Positions 19,204 through 29,029 of a stretch of DNA of 64,000 bases are shown in pieces; the stretch's first letter is position 1; each line of letters opens with the position of its first letter. A program made the position numbers and the translations under genes. The stretch is from an uncultured Tenacibaculum sp. Lineage in GTDB: Bacteria > Bacteroidota > Bacteroidia > Flavobacteriales > Flavobacteriaceae. The stretch covers positions 1,106 through 65,105 of the forward strand of contig CAZCHR010000001.1 of NCBI GenBank assembly GCA_964498665.1. The letters run 5' to 3'. The notes beneath the pieces were generated by a model that worked only from the letters and a program-made list of their open reading frames with translations, had not been told where the DNA came from and did not search any database.

Positions 19204-19278
19204 CGTCATTGCGAGAAAGAATAACGAAGCAATCTTACTATTACTAATAAGGGATTGCTTCCTTTTAGTAGCAATGAC
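19204..19278. repeat. CGTC-type REP-like palindromic element between convergent genes
   Basis: CGTCATTGCGAG...GAAGCAATC...GATTGCTTC...GCAATGAC nested inverted repeats. Confidence 0.75.
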
Positions 19279-19282
19279 TAAA

Positions 19283-19735
19283 TCAATTTAAGTTCCTTTT
19301 TTCAATAAAAAACTTTTTCAATAAAAAACTACATTCTTCTTCTAAAACACCAGAAACAACTTTTGTTTTAGGATGTAACTTTGTATTTAATATACTAAAA
19401 CCTAATTTTGGCTCACTAGCTCCGTGAACTATTTTTCCAATTTGAGTCCAATAACTTGCTCCGGCACACATTTGACAAGGTTCTAACGTGACATATAATG
19501 TACAATCTTTTAAATATTTTCCGCCTAAAAAGTCGGCTGCAGCAGTAAAAGCTTGCATTTCTGCGTGCGCAGTTACATCATTCAGTAACTCAGTTAAATT
19601 ATGTGCTCTTGCAATTATTTGTTCTTTAAAAACAATGATTGCACCTACAGGAACCTCACCTTTATCAAAAGCAACCTCAGCTTCTTGCAAAGCTTTTTTC
19701 ATAAAGTAAGTATCATCAAAAGGATTTATTTCCAT
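19283..19735 (-). CDS. tadA: tRNA-specific adenosine deaminase
   Basis: EVPVGA, TAHAE, TLEPCQMC. Confidence 0.88.
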   Translation of the reverse strand: MEINPFDDTYFMKKALQEAEVAFDKGEVPVGAIIVFKEQIIARAHNLTELLNDVTAHAEMQAFTAAADFLGGKYLKDCTLYVTLEPCQMCAGASYWTQIGKIVHGASEPKLGFSILNTKLHPKTKVVSGVLEEECSFLLKKFFIEKRNLN

Positions 19736-19796
19736 TGTATTGAAGCGTTTTAAACAAAAGTACCTCAAATTAGTTATTTTTACCAAAATTTACGAT

Positions 19797-20558
19797 TTGA
19801 TTTCTATCAACATATCAGAAAATAAAAAAGTTTACTTTGCTTCCGATCAACATTTAGGAGCACCAACTGCTGAAGCTAGTTTTCCACGTGAACAAAAATT
19901 TGTGCAATGGTTAAATGAAATTAAAAAAGATGCTGAAGCTATTTTTTTATTAGGCGATTTATTTGATTTTTGGTTTGAATATAAAACAGTAGTTCCTAAA
20001 GGTTTTGTTAGAGTTTTAGGAAAACTTGCAGAGATTAAAGACAGCGGAATTCCTGTTTATTTTTTTGTAGGAAATCACGATTTATGGATGTCAGATTATT
20101 TTGAAAAAGAGTTAAACATACCTGTATATCATACTCCTCAAGAATTTAAAATTAACGGAAAAACATTGCTAATTGGTCATGGAGACGGATTAGGTCCGCA
20201 CGATAAAGGTTATAAACGAATGAAAAAGGTGTTTACTTTCAAACCTTTTAAATGGATGTTTCGTTGGCTACATCCAGATTTAGGAGTTCGTTTAGGACAA
20301 TATATGTCTGTAAAAAACAAACTAATTTCTGGTGATGAAGATGCAAATTTTTTAGGTGAAGAAAACGAATGGTTAGTGCAATATTGCAAACGTAAGCTAG
20401 AAACAAAACATTATGATTATTTTGTTTTTGGTCATCGTCACCTTCCTTTAGAAATTCAATTAAAAAAAAATAGTCAGTACATTAATACTGGAGATTGGGT
20501 GAAATACTTTACTTATGGAGTCTTTAAAAACAAAAAACTCGAATTAAAAAAACTTTAA
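19797..20558 (+). CDS. UDP-2,3-diacylglucosamine diphosphatase (LpxH-like metallophosphoesterase)
   Basis: SDQHLG, LGDLFDFW, GNHD, HGD, GHRH, NTGDW; start uncertain (TTG 19797). Confidence 0.85.
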   Translation: MISINISENKKVYFASDQHLGAPTAEASFPREQKFVQWLNEIKKDAEAIFLLGDLFDFWFEYKTVVPKGFVRVLGKLAEIKDSGIPVYFFVGNHDLWMSDYFEKELNIPVYHTPQEFKINGKTLLIGHGDGLGPHDKGYKRMKKVFTFKPFKWMFRWLHPDLGVRLGQYMSVKNKLISGDEDANFLGEENEWLVQYCKRKLETKHYDYFVFGHRHLPLEIQLKKNSQYINTGDWVKYFTYGVFKNKKLELKKL

Positions 20559-20698
20559 CATTTCATGTTTAAAAACTGATTTTATTTGTTAACTTTTTTT
20601 TAAATAATTTTCATTTTTGCTTTAACCTTACTTTAACAGCTGTTATTTTCTTATTATTGTAGCTTTGTTTCACAAAAAACTAATATATTTCAATTACT

Positions 20699-21688
20699 AT
20701 GGATGTAGATGTAAGAGCTATAAATGAAAAAATAGAAAGAGAAAGCGCTTTTGTTGATTTATTAACTACAGAGATGAATAAAGTAATCGTAGGTCAGAAA
20801 TACATGATCGAAAGATTACTAATTGGTCTTTTAGGTAATGGACATATTTTATTAGAAGGTGTTCCTGGGTTAGCAAAAACATTAGCCATAAACACATTAT
20901 CAAAAGCAGTAGATGCAAGTTTTAGTCGTGTTCAATTTACACCAGATTTATTACCTGCCGACGTAGTAGGTACTATGATTTACAATGTAAAAGAAAATGA
21001 TTTTGCAATAAAGAAAGGTCCAATATTTGCTAATTTCGTTTTAGCGGATGAGATTAACCGTGCGCCAGCTAAAGTTCAATCTGCTTTATTAGAAGCAATG
21101 CAAGAGCGTCAAATTACAATAGGTGATGAAACTTTTAAGTTAGACGAACCTTTTTTAGTAATGGCAACTCAAAATCCTGTTGAACAAGAAGGAACTTATC
21201 CTTTACCAGAAGCCCAGGTTGACCGTTTTATGTTAAAAACTGTTATTGACTATCCAAAATTAGAAGATGAGCAAATAATTATGCGTCAGAATTTAAATGG
21301 CGGTTTTGCTAAAGTAAACCCTGTTGTTTCTATTGAACAAATAATTAAAGCTCGAGAAGCTGTTAACGAAGTTTATATGGATGAGAAAATAGAAAAATAT
21401 ATTCTTGACATTATTTTTGCAACTCGTTATCCTGAAAGATACAATTTAGAGAAATTACAACCTTTAATTAATTTCGGGTCTTCTCCCCGTGGTAGTATTG
21501 CCTTAGCTAAAGCTGCAAAATGTTACGCTTTTATTAAACGTAGAGGTTATGTAATACCAGAAGATGTTCGTGCTATTGTAAATGATGTACTACGTCATAG
21601 AATAGGAATAACTTACGAAGCAGAAGCAGAAAATATTACCTCTATAGATATTATTAACTCAATTATAAACGAAGTACAAGTACCTTAA
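20699..21688 (+). CDS. moxR: MoxR family AAA+ ATPase of the bat operon
   Basis: GVPGLAKT, QFTPDLLPAD, LADEINRA, ATQNP, LPEAQVDRF. Confidence 0.93.
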   Translation: MDVDVRAINEKIERESAFVDLLTTEMNKVIVGQKYMIERLLIGLLGNGHILLEGVPGLAKTLAINTLSKAVDASFSRVQFTPDLLPADVVGTMIYNVKENDFAIKKGPIFANFVLADEINRAPAKVQSALLEAMQERQITIGDETFKLDEPFLVMATQNPVEQEGTYPLPEAQVDRFMLKTVIDYPKLEDEQIIMRQNLNGGFAKVNPVVSIEQIIKAREAVNEVYMDEKIEKYILDIIFATRYPERYNLEKLQPLINFGSSPRGSIALAKAAKCYAFIKRRGYVIPEDVRAIVNDVLRHRIGITYEAEAENITSIDIINSIINEVQVP

Positions 21689-21760
21689 AAAAAATTAAAG
21701 AATAGCTAACCTTTAACTTTCCCCTACTACAAAAAAAGTTTTACCCCTTAAAAAGCTATT

Positions 21761-22090
21761 ATGACATTTAAATTAACAACGTATAAAACGTTAAAAGGAA
21801 CAAAAGAAATTTTACAATTAAAAAAGAAAAAAAGTACAGAAGCAATTGTTTACAAAGATAACACCCCTAGTTATTTCGTAGACTGTTTTGATTTAAAAAC
21901 AGAATCTAATGTACTAATGAATAGTTTAGTATTATGTAAACAACGAAATATAAATGATGTAATACTAGAAATTGGAAAGAAGAACAATGTGAACTTGTCT
22001 GTTAAAGAAGCCCCTTTCTTTTCAATTGAAAAAAGTACAGTAGATACAGAAATGGAATTACCTCCGTTACCTGAAGATTGGTTAAATTAG
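21761..22090 (+). CDS. Hypothetical protein
   Basis: 109-aa ORF ending 1 nt before the DUF58 start; no recognised motif. Confidence 0.7.
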   Translation: MTFKLTTYKTLKGTKEILQLKKKKSTEAIVYKDNTPSYFVDCFDLKTESNVLMNSLVLCKQRNINDVILEIGKKNNVNLSVKEAPFFSIEKSTVDTEMELPPLPEDWLN

Positions 22091-22091
22091 A

Positions 22092-22955
22092 ATGAATACA
22101 AAAGAATTACTAAAAAAAGTTCGTAAAATAGAGATTAAGACACGTCGTTTGTCTAATCATATATTTGGAGGAGAATACCATTCGACCTTTAAAGGTCGTG
22201 GTATGACTTTCTCTGAAGTTCGTCAATACCAATATGGTGATGACATTAGAGCTATTGATTGGAATGTTACTGCGCGCTATAACGAACCTTATATAAAAGT
22301 TTTTGAAGAAGAGCGAGAACTAACAATGATGTTAGTTATTGATATTTCTGGTTCAGAATTTTTTGGTACTTCTAATCAATTTAAAAAAGATACCGTTACC
22401 GAAATTGCAGCTACACTTGCTTTTTCAGCAATTCAAAATAATGACAAAGTTGGTTTGATTTTATTTTCTGATCAAGTCGAACTATACATACCTCCTAAAA
22501 AAGGAAAAAGTCACGTATTAAGAATTATTAGAGAATTAATTGAATTCAAACCCAAAAGTAAACAAACAAATATTAGTGAAGCTTTAAAGTTTTTATCAAA
22601 TATCATGAAAAAGAAAGCTATTGTTTTTATGCTTTCAGATTTTATGGATGATAACTATGAACGTACTCTAAAAATTGTTGGAAACAAGCATGATGTTACT
22701 GGTATTCGTGTGTATGACAAACATGATGAAGAAATTCCTAATTTAGGAATGGTACCAATGATTGATGCTGAAACAGGAAAAACACATTTGGTTAATACTG
22801 GTTCATCATCTGTTAGAAAACAATACAAAGCAAATGCTTTAAGATTATCAGACTATTTTGAAACAACATTTAAGAAAAGTGGTTCTGGAACTATTAACAC
22901 TCGTGTTGATGAAAGTTATGTTAAAAAACTACTAGGATACTTTAAAAGAAAATAG
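22092..22955 (+). CDS. DUF58 domain protein
   Basis: FKGRGMTFSEVRQYQYGDDIRAIDWNVTAR, FEEERE, DISGS. Confidence 0.92.
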   Translation: MNTKELLKKVRKIEIKTRRLSNHIFGGEYHSTFKGRGMTFSEVRQYQYGDDIRAIDWNVTARYNEPYIKVFEEERELTMMLVIDISGSEFFGTSNQFKKDTVTEIAATLAFSAIQNNDKVGLILFSDQVELYIPPKKGKSHVLRIIRELIEFKPKSKQTNISEALKFLSNIMKKKAIVFMLSDFMDDNYERTLKIVGNKHDVTGIRVYDKHDEEIPNLGMVPMIDAETGKTHLVNTGSSSVRKQYKANALRLSDYFETTFKKSGSGTINTRVDESYVKKLLGYFKRK

Positions 22956-22985
22956 TAATTGTCGGTTTTTAATGACGATATAATT

Positions 22986-23903
22986 ATGAAAAACAAGCTA
23001 CTCTATATATTAATCTTTTTATCTGCTTTTGGATTTTCGCAATCTAATAAAGTGATAGTTGAAGTTGACACAACAAATATTAGAATTGGAGAACAATTTC
23101 AATATAAAATATCTATAGATGAAACTGAGAATGTAATTATCCCTAAACTAAACAACTTAAGAGGTTTAGAAGTTGTTGATAGCCTAAAAATAGATACAAT
23201 AAAAAATAAGCTTGTTCAAAAATACATTTTAACTGGTTTTGACAGTGGAGCTTTTCATATACCACAGCAACAAATTTTCATTAAAAACCAAGCGTATTTA
23301 ACCGATAGTATTCTTGTTAATGTTGCAACAGTTCCTATTGATACTACACAAATAAAAAAGTTTCCTATCAAAGGAATAAAAGGAGAACCTTATCAGTTTG
23401 ATGATTTTAAAAACTATGTATACTGGGGTATTGCAGCTCTTGTTTTAATAGGTTTACTTTTATATTTCTTTGTTTTCAAAAAGAAAAAAGGAGACGAAGA
23501 GAAAGTTGTTATTCCATTATTACCCCCTTATGAAGAAGCAGTGAAAAAACTACAAGAACTTGATGAAAAGTTACTTTGGCAAAACAATAAAATTAAAAAA
23601 TATTATAGTGAATTAACTGGTATTGTAAGAGGCTATATAGAAAGAGAACTAAACATACCTGCATTAGAAAGTACTACTGATGAATTAATTGAGGTTATAA
23701 AAGATTTTGATGCAACAAAATCTATAGAAACCAATAAAGAAACAATTCAAAAACTAAAAGAATTATTACAGGAGTCAGATTTAGTAAAATTTGCAAAATC
23801 TAAACCAATGTCTCACGAAATTGAGCAAGATCGTAAAGACGCTAAAAATATAATAGATAATTTAAAACCTAAAAAAGAAGTTGTAGAAGATGAAGTGGAA
23901 TAA
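22986..23903 (+). CDS. bat-operon membrane-anchored protein (BatD-like N-terminal region)
   Basis: Signal peptide, IRIGEQ, single TM, C-terminal ESTTDE...DLVKFAK; position before batA. Confidence 0.75.
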   Translation: MKNKLLYILIFLSAFGFSQSNKVIVEVDTTNIRIGEQFQYKISIDETENVIIPKLNNLRGLEVVDSLKIDTIKNKLVQKYILTGFDSGAFHIPQQQIFIKNQAYLTDSILVNVATVPIDTTQIKKFPIKGIKGEPYQFDDFKNYVYWGIAALVLIGLLLYFFVFKKKKGDEEKVVIPLLPPYEEAVKKLQELDEKLLWQNNKIKKYYSELTGIVRGYIERELNIPALESTTDELIEVIKDFDATKSIETNKETIQKLKELLQESDLVKFAKSKPMSHEIEQDRKDAKNIIDNLKPKKEVVEDEVE

Positions 23904-24897
23904 TTTTGAATTTCATAACCCTGAGTTCCTATGGCTGCTAATATTAATTCCTTTATTAGCTTTTTGGAACTTCTATTCTCGTAAAAAAGATAGTGCGCAA
24001 CTAACCATTTCTAGCGTTAAAGGTTTTAAAGTTGAAACATCAATTTTACCTAAATTAAAACCTTTACTATATCTATTACGATTACTTGCTTTAACTTGCT
24101 TAATAATTGCATTAGCTCGTCCTAGAAATGTAGCAATCAGTAAAAAAACAAAATCTAACAGAGGTATTGATATTGTTATGGCTGTTGATGTTTCTGCTAG
24201 TATGCTTGCAAAAGATTTAAAACCAAATAGATTAGAAGCACTTAAAAGAGTAGCTACCGATTTTGTAAATCGTAGACCTAATGACAGGATAGGAATCGTT
24301 TCATATGCAGGTGAAAGTTTTACTCAAACACCTATTACTAGTGATAAATCTATTGTAAAAAGAACACTCTCTGAAATAAAATGGGGGCAATTAGAAGGTG
24401 GTACCGCTATTGGTATGGGATTAGGATCTGCTGTAAATAGATTAAAAGAAAGTAAAGCAAAAAGTAAAGTAATTATTTTACTTACAGACGGTGTTAACAA
24501 TGCTGGTTTTGTAGATCCTAAAACTGCTACAGAATTAGCAAAAGGAAACGAAATTAAAGTGTATACTATTGGTATTGGAACTAATGGAATGGCTCCTTTT
24601 CCTTGGGCAAAAGATCCTAGAACAGGAAAAATATCTTTTAAAAATCAACAAGTTGAAATTGATGAAGCTTTGTTAAAACATATCGCAAAAGAAACAGATG
24701 GTAAATATTTTAGAGCGACAAACAACTCTAAATTAAAAGCCATATATGATGAAATTGACAAGCTTGAAAAAACAAAAATTGAAGAATTTAAATATTATAA
24801 TTATACCGAAAAGTACAGGTTTCTTGTATTGCTAGCTGGTATCTTTTTATTATTAGAATTCTTATTAAAAAACACATTATTTAAAAGTTTTATATAA
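23890..24897 (+). CDS. batA: BatA VWA domain protein
   Basis: ALARP, DVSASM MIDAS, GTAIG, LLTDG. Confidence 0.9.
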   Translation: MKWNNFEFHNPEFLWLLILIPLLAFWNFYSRKKDSAQLTISSVKGFKVETSILPKLKPLLYLLRLLALTCLIIALARPRNVAISKKTKSNRGIDIVMAVDVSASMLAKDLKPNRLEALKRVATDFVNRRPNDRIGIVSYAGESFTQTPITSDKSIVKRTLSEIKWGQLEGGTAIGMGLGSAVNRLKESKAKSKVIILLTDGVNNAGFVDPKTATELAKGNEIKVYTIGIGTNGMAPFPWAKDPRTGKISFKNQQVEIDEALLKHIAKETDGKYFRATNNSKLKAIYDEIDKLEKTKIEEFKYYNYTEKYRFLVLLAGIFLLLEFLLKNTLFKSFI

Positions 24898-24905
24898 GGT
24901 AAAAT

Positions 24906-24937
24906 GTATTAAAGTTAAATTGTTAAAACGTGTAATT
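24906..24937 (+). repeat. Degenerate 8-bp tandem array upstream of four-helix-bundle gene
   Basis: GTATTAAA GTTAAATT GTTAAAAC GTGTAATT. Confidence 0.5.
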
Positions 24938-24940
24938 GAA

Positions 24941-25303
24941 ATGTATATATTTTCATTTGAAAAATTAGAAGTTTGGAAAGAAGCAACGAGTCTTTGTAAA
25001 AAGATTTATACTTTAACCGAAAACTTTCCTTCATCAGAAAAATTCGGATTAATTAGTCAATTAAGAAGAGCTTCTGTTTCTATTTCATCAAATTTAGCCG
25101 AAGGAACTTCGAGAACCACAAATAAAGATAAAGCTCATTACACTACCATTGCATATAGTTCAACTATGGAAGTTTTAAATCAATTAATCCTAGCTAAAGA
25201 ATTAGAATTTCTTTCTGAAGAAAGTTATAATAAATTAAGAACTAGTATATATAAAATTACTAATATGTTAAATGCTTTAAGAAAGGCACAATTAAACAGT
25301 TAA
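24941..25303 (+). CDS. Four helix bundle protein (23S rRNA IVS-protein/bAvd-like family)
   Basis: FEKLEVWK, FPSSEKFGLISQLRRASVSISSNLAEG, IAYSSTMEV. Confidence 0.92.
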   Translation: MYIFSFEKLEVWKEATSLCKKIYTLTENFPSSEKFGLISQLRRASVSISSNLAEGTSRTTNKDKAHYTTIAYSSTMEVLNQLILAKELEFLSEESYNKLRTSIYKITNMLNALRKAQLNS

Positions 25304-25321
25304 TCAAAAAAACAATTAAAC
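25290..25321 (+). repeat. Degenerate 8-bp tandem array downstream of four-helix-bundle gene, inverted relative to the upstream array
   Basis: AATTAAAC AGTTAATC AAAAAAAC AATTAAAC; reverse complement of the unit is GTTTAATT. Confidence 0.5.
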
Positions 25322-25334
25322 TATATTCAAAAGA

Positions 25335-26375
25335 ATGTATCGTATAGAAGAGCCAATATATTTTTATCTTTTTACAATTATTCCTGCAATAATTGTTATT
25401 TTTCTCTTGGTTTTATGGTGGAAAAAAAATACTCAGAAAAAATTTGCATCTCCAGAGTTGTTAGCACGAATTGCGCCTAATTCGTCTACTTTTAAATCTG
25501 TTGTAAAACTTACTTTCTTTTTAATTGGAATTTCTTTTTTAATTATCTCTTTGGTAAATCCAAAAATGGGAACTAAATTAAAAACATTAAAACGAGAAGG
25601 AGTTGATGTTGTTTTTGCTTTGGATGTTTCTAAAAGTATGTTAGCTGAAGATATTGCACCAAATCGATTAGAAAAAGCAAAACAAATTATTTCTAAAACC
25701 ATAGATAAATTAGGTAGCGATAGGGTTGGTATTATTATTTACGCTGGTAATTCGTATCCGTTATTACCAATAACAACAGATCATGCTGCCGCAAAAATGT
25801 TTTTGCAAAATGCAAATCCAGATATGGTTTCAAGTCAAGGAACAGCAATTAATGAAGCTTTAAATCTTGCTAAGACTTATTATAATAACGATGAACAAAC
25901 TAATCGTTTTTTAATTATTATTTCTGATGGTGAAGATCATCAAGAAGAAACAAAACAAATAGCACAGAATATAGCTAACGAGGGTGTAAAAGTTTATACC
26001 ATTGGTGTTGGTACAGAAAAAGGAGGACCTATACCAATAAAACTTAATGGCGCACTTATTGGTTATAAAAAAGATAGAAAAGGTGAAACTGTAATAACAA
26101 AAAGGAAACCAGATGTTTTACAAAGTATTGCAGAAGTATCAAACGGAAAATATATTGATGGTAATAAAACTGAAAATCCAGTAAATACTATTGAAAAAAT
26201 AATAGGTAATGCTCAAAAAAGCGAATTTGAAACTAAACAATTTTCAGACTACAAAGATCAATTTCAATGGTTTTTAGGAATTGGTTTATTATTTTTAATC
26301 ATTGATTTATTTTTCTTTGAAAGAAAAACTAAATGGGTTAAAAAAGTAGATTTATTTAACGAAGAAGATTCATAG
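25335..26375 (+). CDS. batB: BatB VWA domain protein
   Basis: DVSKSMLAEDIAPNRL, ISDGEDH; operon position. Confidence 0.9.
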   Translation: MYRIEEPIYFYLFTIIPAIIVIFLLVLWWKKNTQKKFASPELLARIAPNSSTFKSVVKLTFFLIGISFLIISLVNPKMGTKLKTLKREGVDVVFALDVSKSMLAEDIAPNRLEKAKQIISKTIDKLGSDRVGIIIYAGNSYPLLPITTDHAAAKMFLQNANPDMVSSQGTAINEALNLAKTYYNNDEQTNRFLIIISDGEDHQEETKQIAQNIANEGVKVYTIGVGTEKGGPIPIKLNGALIGYKKDRKGETVITKRKPDVLQSIAEVSNGKYIDGNKTENPVNTIEKIIGNAQKSEFETKQFSDYKDQFQWFLGIGLLFLIIDLFFFERKTKWVKKVDLFNEEDS

Positions 26376-26391
26376 ATTCTATTTACAAAAA

Positions 26392-27213
26392 ATGAAACAA
26401 CAAGTAAAAAACATACTATACTTATTTTTAATTCTGATTTCTATAAATGTATCAGCACAACAAGACACCTTAAAACTTCAACGTGAGGCTCGTGCTTTAT
26501 TAAGAGATGGTAATAAATTATATAACAAGCAAAAATTTAGTGATGCTGCAATTGCATACAGAAAAGCATTAGGTAAAAACAGCACTTATGAAAAAGCTAG
26601 TTATAATTTTGGAAACACGTTGTATCAAGAAAAAAAATATAAAGAAGCTGTTGCGCAATTTGAAGTGACAGCTAAAACAGCAAAGAACAAGTTTGATAAA
26701 GCAGAAGCTTATCATAATATTGGTAATGCTCAAATGGAGCAAAAACAGTATCAACAAGCAGTTGATGCCTATAAAAATGCTTTACGTAGAAATCCGAACG
26801 ATGATGAAACTCGTTATAATCTTGCGGTTGCTCAAAAGGAATTAAAAAAGCAACAAAAAAATCAAAAAGACAAAAAGGATAAGAATAAAGATAAAAAGAA
26901 CGACGACAAGAAAGATCAAAAAAACAAAGACGAAAAAGACAAGAAAAAAGATAAAGATAAAAAGGGCGACGACAAGGATAAAAAAGACGATAAGAAAGAT
27001 CAAAAAAACAAAGACAAACAAGATCAAAATAAGCCTAACAAAAACGATAAGAAAGATAAAAAGCAAAAGCCCAAACCTCAACCAGGAAAAATGACTCCAG
27101 AACAAATGAAGCAATTGCTTGAGAGTTTAAATAATGAGGAAAAGAAAACTCAAAAGAAAATGAACGTAAAAAAATCAAAAGAAAGGAAAGTAAAACAAGA
27201 AAAAGATTGGTAG
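26392..27213 (+). CDS. batC: BatC TPR protein with K/D/Q-rich linker
   Basis: Signal peptide, TPRs, ALRRNPNDDETRYNL, C-terminal EKDW. Confidence 0.88.
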   Translation: MKQQVKNILYLFLILISINVSAQQDTLKLQREARALLRDGNKLYNKQKFSDAAIAYRKALGKNSTYEKASYNFGNTLYQEKKYKEAVAQFEVTAKTAKNKFDKAEAYHNIGNAQMEQKQYQQAVDAYKNALRRNPNDDETRYNLAVAQKELKKQQKNQKDKKDKNKDKKNDDKKDQKNKDEKDKKKDKDKKGDDKDKKDDKKDQKNKDKQDQNKPNKNDKKDKKQKPKPQPGKMTPEQMKQLLESLNNEEKKTQKKMNVKKSKERKVKQEKDW

Positions 27214-27259
27214 TTTTTATCTTTAAAAGATTATTATTTTTACGGTTTTCAAAATAAAT

Positions 27260-29029
27260 ATGAAATTAAAATTATACATATCGTTACTATTTAGTTTTAT
27301 CACATTTCTTGTAAATGCTCAAGATGCTACTTTAACAGCTAAAGTTAGTAAAAACAAATTAGGCGTTAATCAGCGTTTACGTATCGAGTTTGCAATTAAT
27401 AAACAAGGTGGTGATAATTTTAAACCACCTAATTTTAAAAACTTCAAGGTTGTTGGTGGCCCAAGTCAATCTGTGAGTCAATCATGGATAAATGGTAAAT
27501 CTTCATTTAATCAATCATATACATACATACTTCAACCTAAAAGAAAAGGAGAATTTAATATTTCATCTGCAAGTGTAGATTTTGATGATAAAACCATTAA
27601 ATCAAATCCTATAAAAGTTATTGTTTTAGATGCTGTTGACATACCAAAAAATCCTAATGACCCAAATTATATTGCAGATCAGAACATACATTTAGTCGCT
27701 GAAATATCAAAATCTCAACCTTTTGTTGGTGAAGGTATTTATGTTGAATTTAGATTATATTTTAGTGATAATGTAGGTATTTATGACAATGCTATTACCG
27801 AAGCGCCTCAATATAATGGTTTTTGGAATCAAGAGATAAAACGAAATGGAACTCCAGTAAAAAATGGTAAATATAATGGTGAAAACTACCGTTATGCTGT
27901 TTTACACAAAGCTTTGTTAATACCGACTAAGGATGGAAGACTAACTATAGACCCTATTAAAATGAATATTATTGTTGCTGTTCCTACAGGGCGCGTTGAT
28001 TTTTTTGGAAATGCAATAACAAGACAAGTAAGAAAAGAATTTGTTTCTGCTAAGAAAATAGTTAGGGCAAAAGCTTTACCTATAGAAAACAAACCTGAAG
28101 ATTTTGCGGGTGCTGTTGGTCAGTTTTCTTTTAATGTATCTTTAAGTAAGCATACTTTAAAAGCAAATGAATCGTCACAAATTAAAGTTGCCGTAAACGG
28201 AAAAGGTAATTTAAAATTATTTGAACTTCCTACAATTGAAACTCCTAAAGAATTAGAAGTTTATCAACCAGAAAGAAAAGAAAGAGTATCTGTTACTTCT
28301 TCTGGATTAAAAGGTATTGTAACTGATACTTATACGGTAGTTCCAGAATATAAAGGAAAATATAAAATTCCTAAAACTAGTTTTTCTTACTTCGACCCAA
28401 AAGAAAAAGTATATCAAACCATTAGTACAGAAGATTTATATGTTGATGTTTTAGATGGAAAACCATTACCAACAAACACAACTAATAATTCTAGCGCAGT
28501 TGCTAAACAAAATATAAAAGTAACTGGAGATGATTTTAGATATATTAAAACCTCTACTAATTTTAAATCAAAATCTGTTTCAGATTTTTTCAAAACACCT
28601 TTATATTACATATTGTTGCTATTACCAATCATAGCAATTCCTTTAGGTATTTTCATTAACAAGAAAAAAGAAGAAAGAGATGGAGATATTATTGGTAATA
28701 AACTTAGAAAAGCAGATAAATTAGCTAAAAAATATTTATCAGAAGCTCAACAACAACTAGGGAATAAAGAAGCTTTTTATGAAGCCTTAGAGAGAGCATT
28801 ACATAATTATTTAAAAGCAAAATTAGGTGTAGAAACTTCTGATATTAGTCGTGATAAAATCACGGATTTATTACAAAACAAACAAATTAACAATACAACT
28901 ATTAAGAGTTTTATTGATGTTTTAAACGATTGCGATTTTGCACGATATACTCCTATCACAAATCTGCAAATGAAAGAAGAATACGAAAAAGCGAAACAAG
29001 TAATTACACAATTAGATAAGCAATTATAA
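27260..29029 (+). CDS. batD: BatD family protein
   Basis: GPSQSVSQSWING, FAGAVGQF, GKGNLKL, CDFARY; operon position. Confidence 0.9.
   Translation: MKLKLYISLLFSFITFLVNAQDATLTAKVSKNKLGVNQRLRIEFAINKQGGDNFKPPNFKNFKVVGGPSQSVSQSWINGKSSFNQSYTYILQPKRKGEFNISSASVDFDDKTIKSNPIKVIVLDAVDIPKNPNDPNYIADQNIHLVAEISKSQPFVGEGIYVEFRLYFSDNVGIYDNAITEAPQYNGFWNQEIKRNGTPVKNGKYNGENYRYAVLHKALLIPTKDGRLTIDPIKMNIIVAVPTGRVDFFGNAITRQVRKEFVSAKKIVRAKALPIENKPEDFAGAVGQFSFNVSLSKHTLKANESSQIKVAVNGKGNLKLFELPTIETPKELEVYQPERKERVSVTSSGLKGIVTDTYTVVPEYKGKYKIPKTSFSYFDPKEKVYQTISTEDLYVDVLDGKPLPTNTTNNSSAVAKQNIKVTGDDFRYIKTSTNFKSKSVSDFFKTPLYYILLLLPIIAIPLGIFINKKKEERDGDIIGNKLRKADKLAKKYLSEAQQQLGNKEAFYEALERALHNYLKAKLGVETSDISRDKITDLLQNKQINNTTIKSFIDVLNDCDFARYTPITNLQMKEEYEKAKQVITQLDKQL

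Noticed and set aside
24941-25303. Possible diversity-generating retroelement suggested by the bAvd-like protein
   Set aside because: No reverse transcriptase or template/variable repeat pair is visible in the window
26840-27114. Highly repetitive A-rich stretch and a hydrophobic antisense ORF (26842..27114)
   Set aside because: It is the K/D/Q low-complexity linker typical of BatC; the antisense ORF is its shadow, not a gene or repeat array
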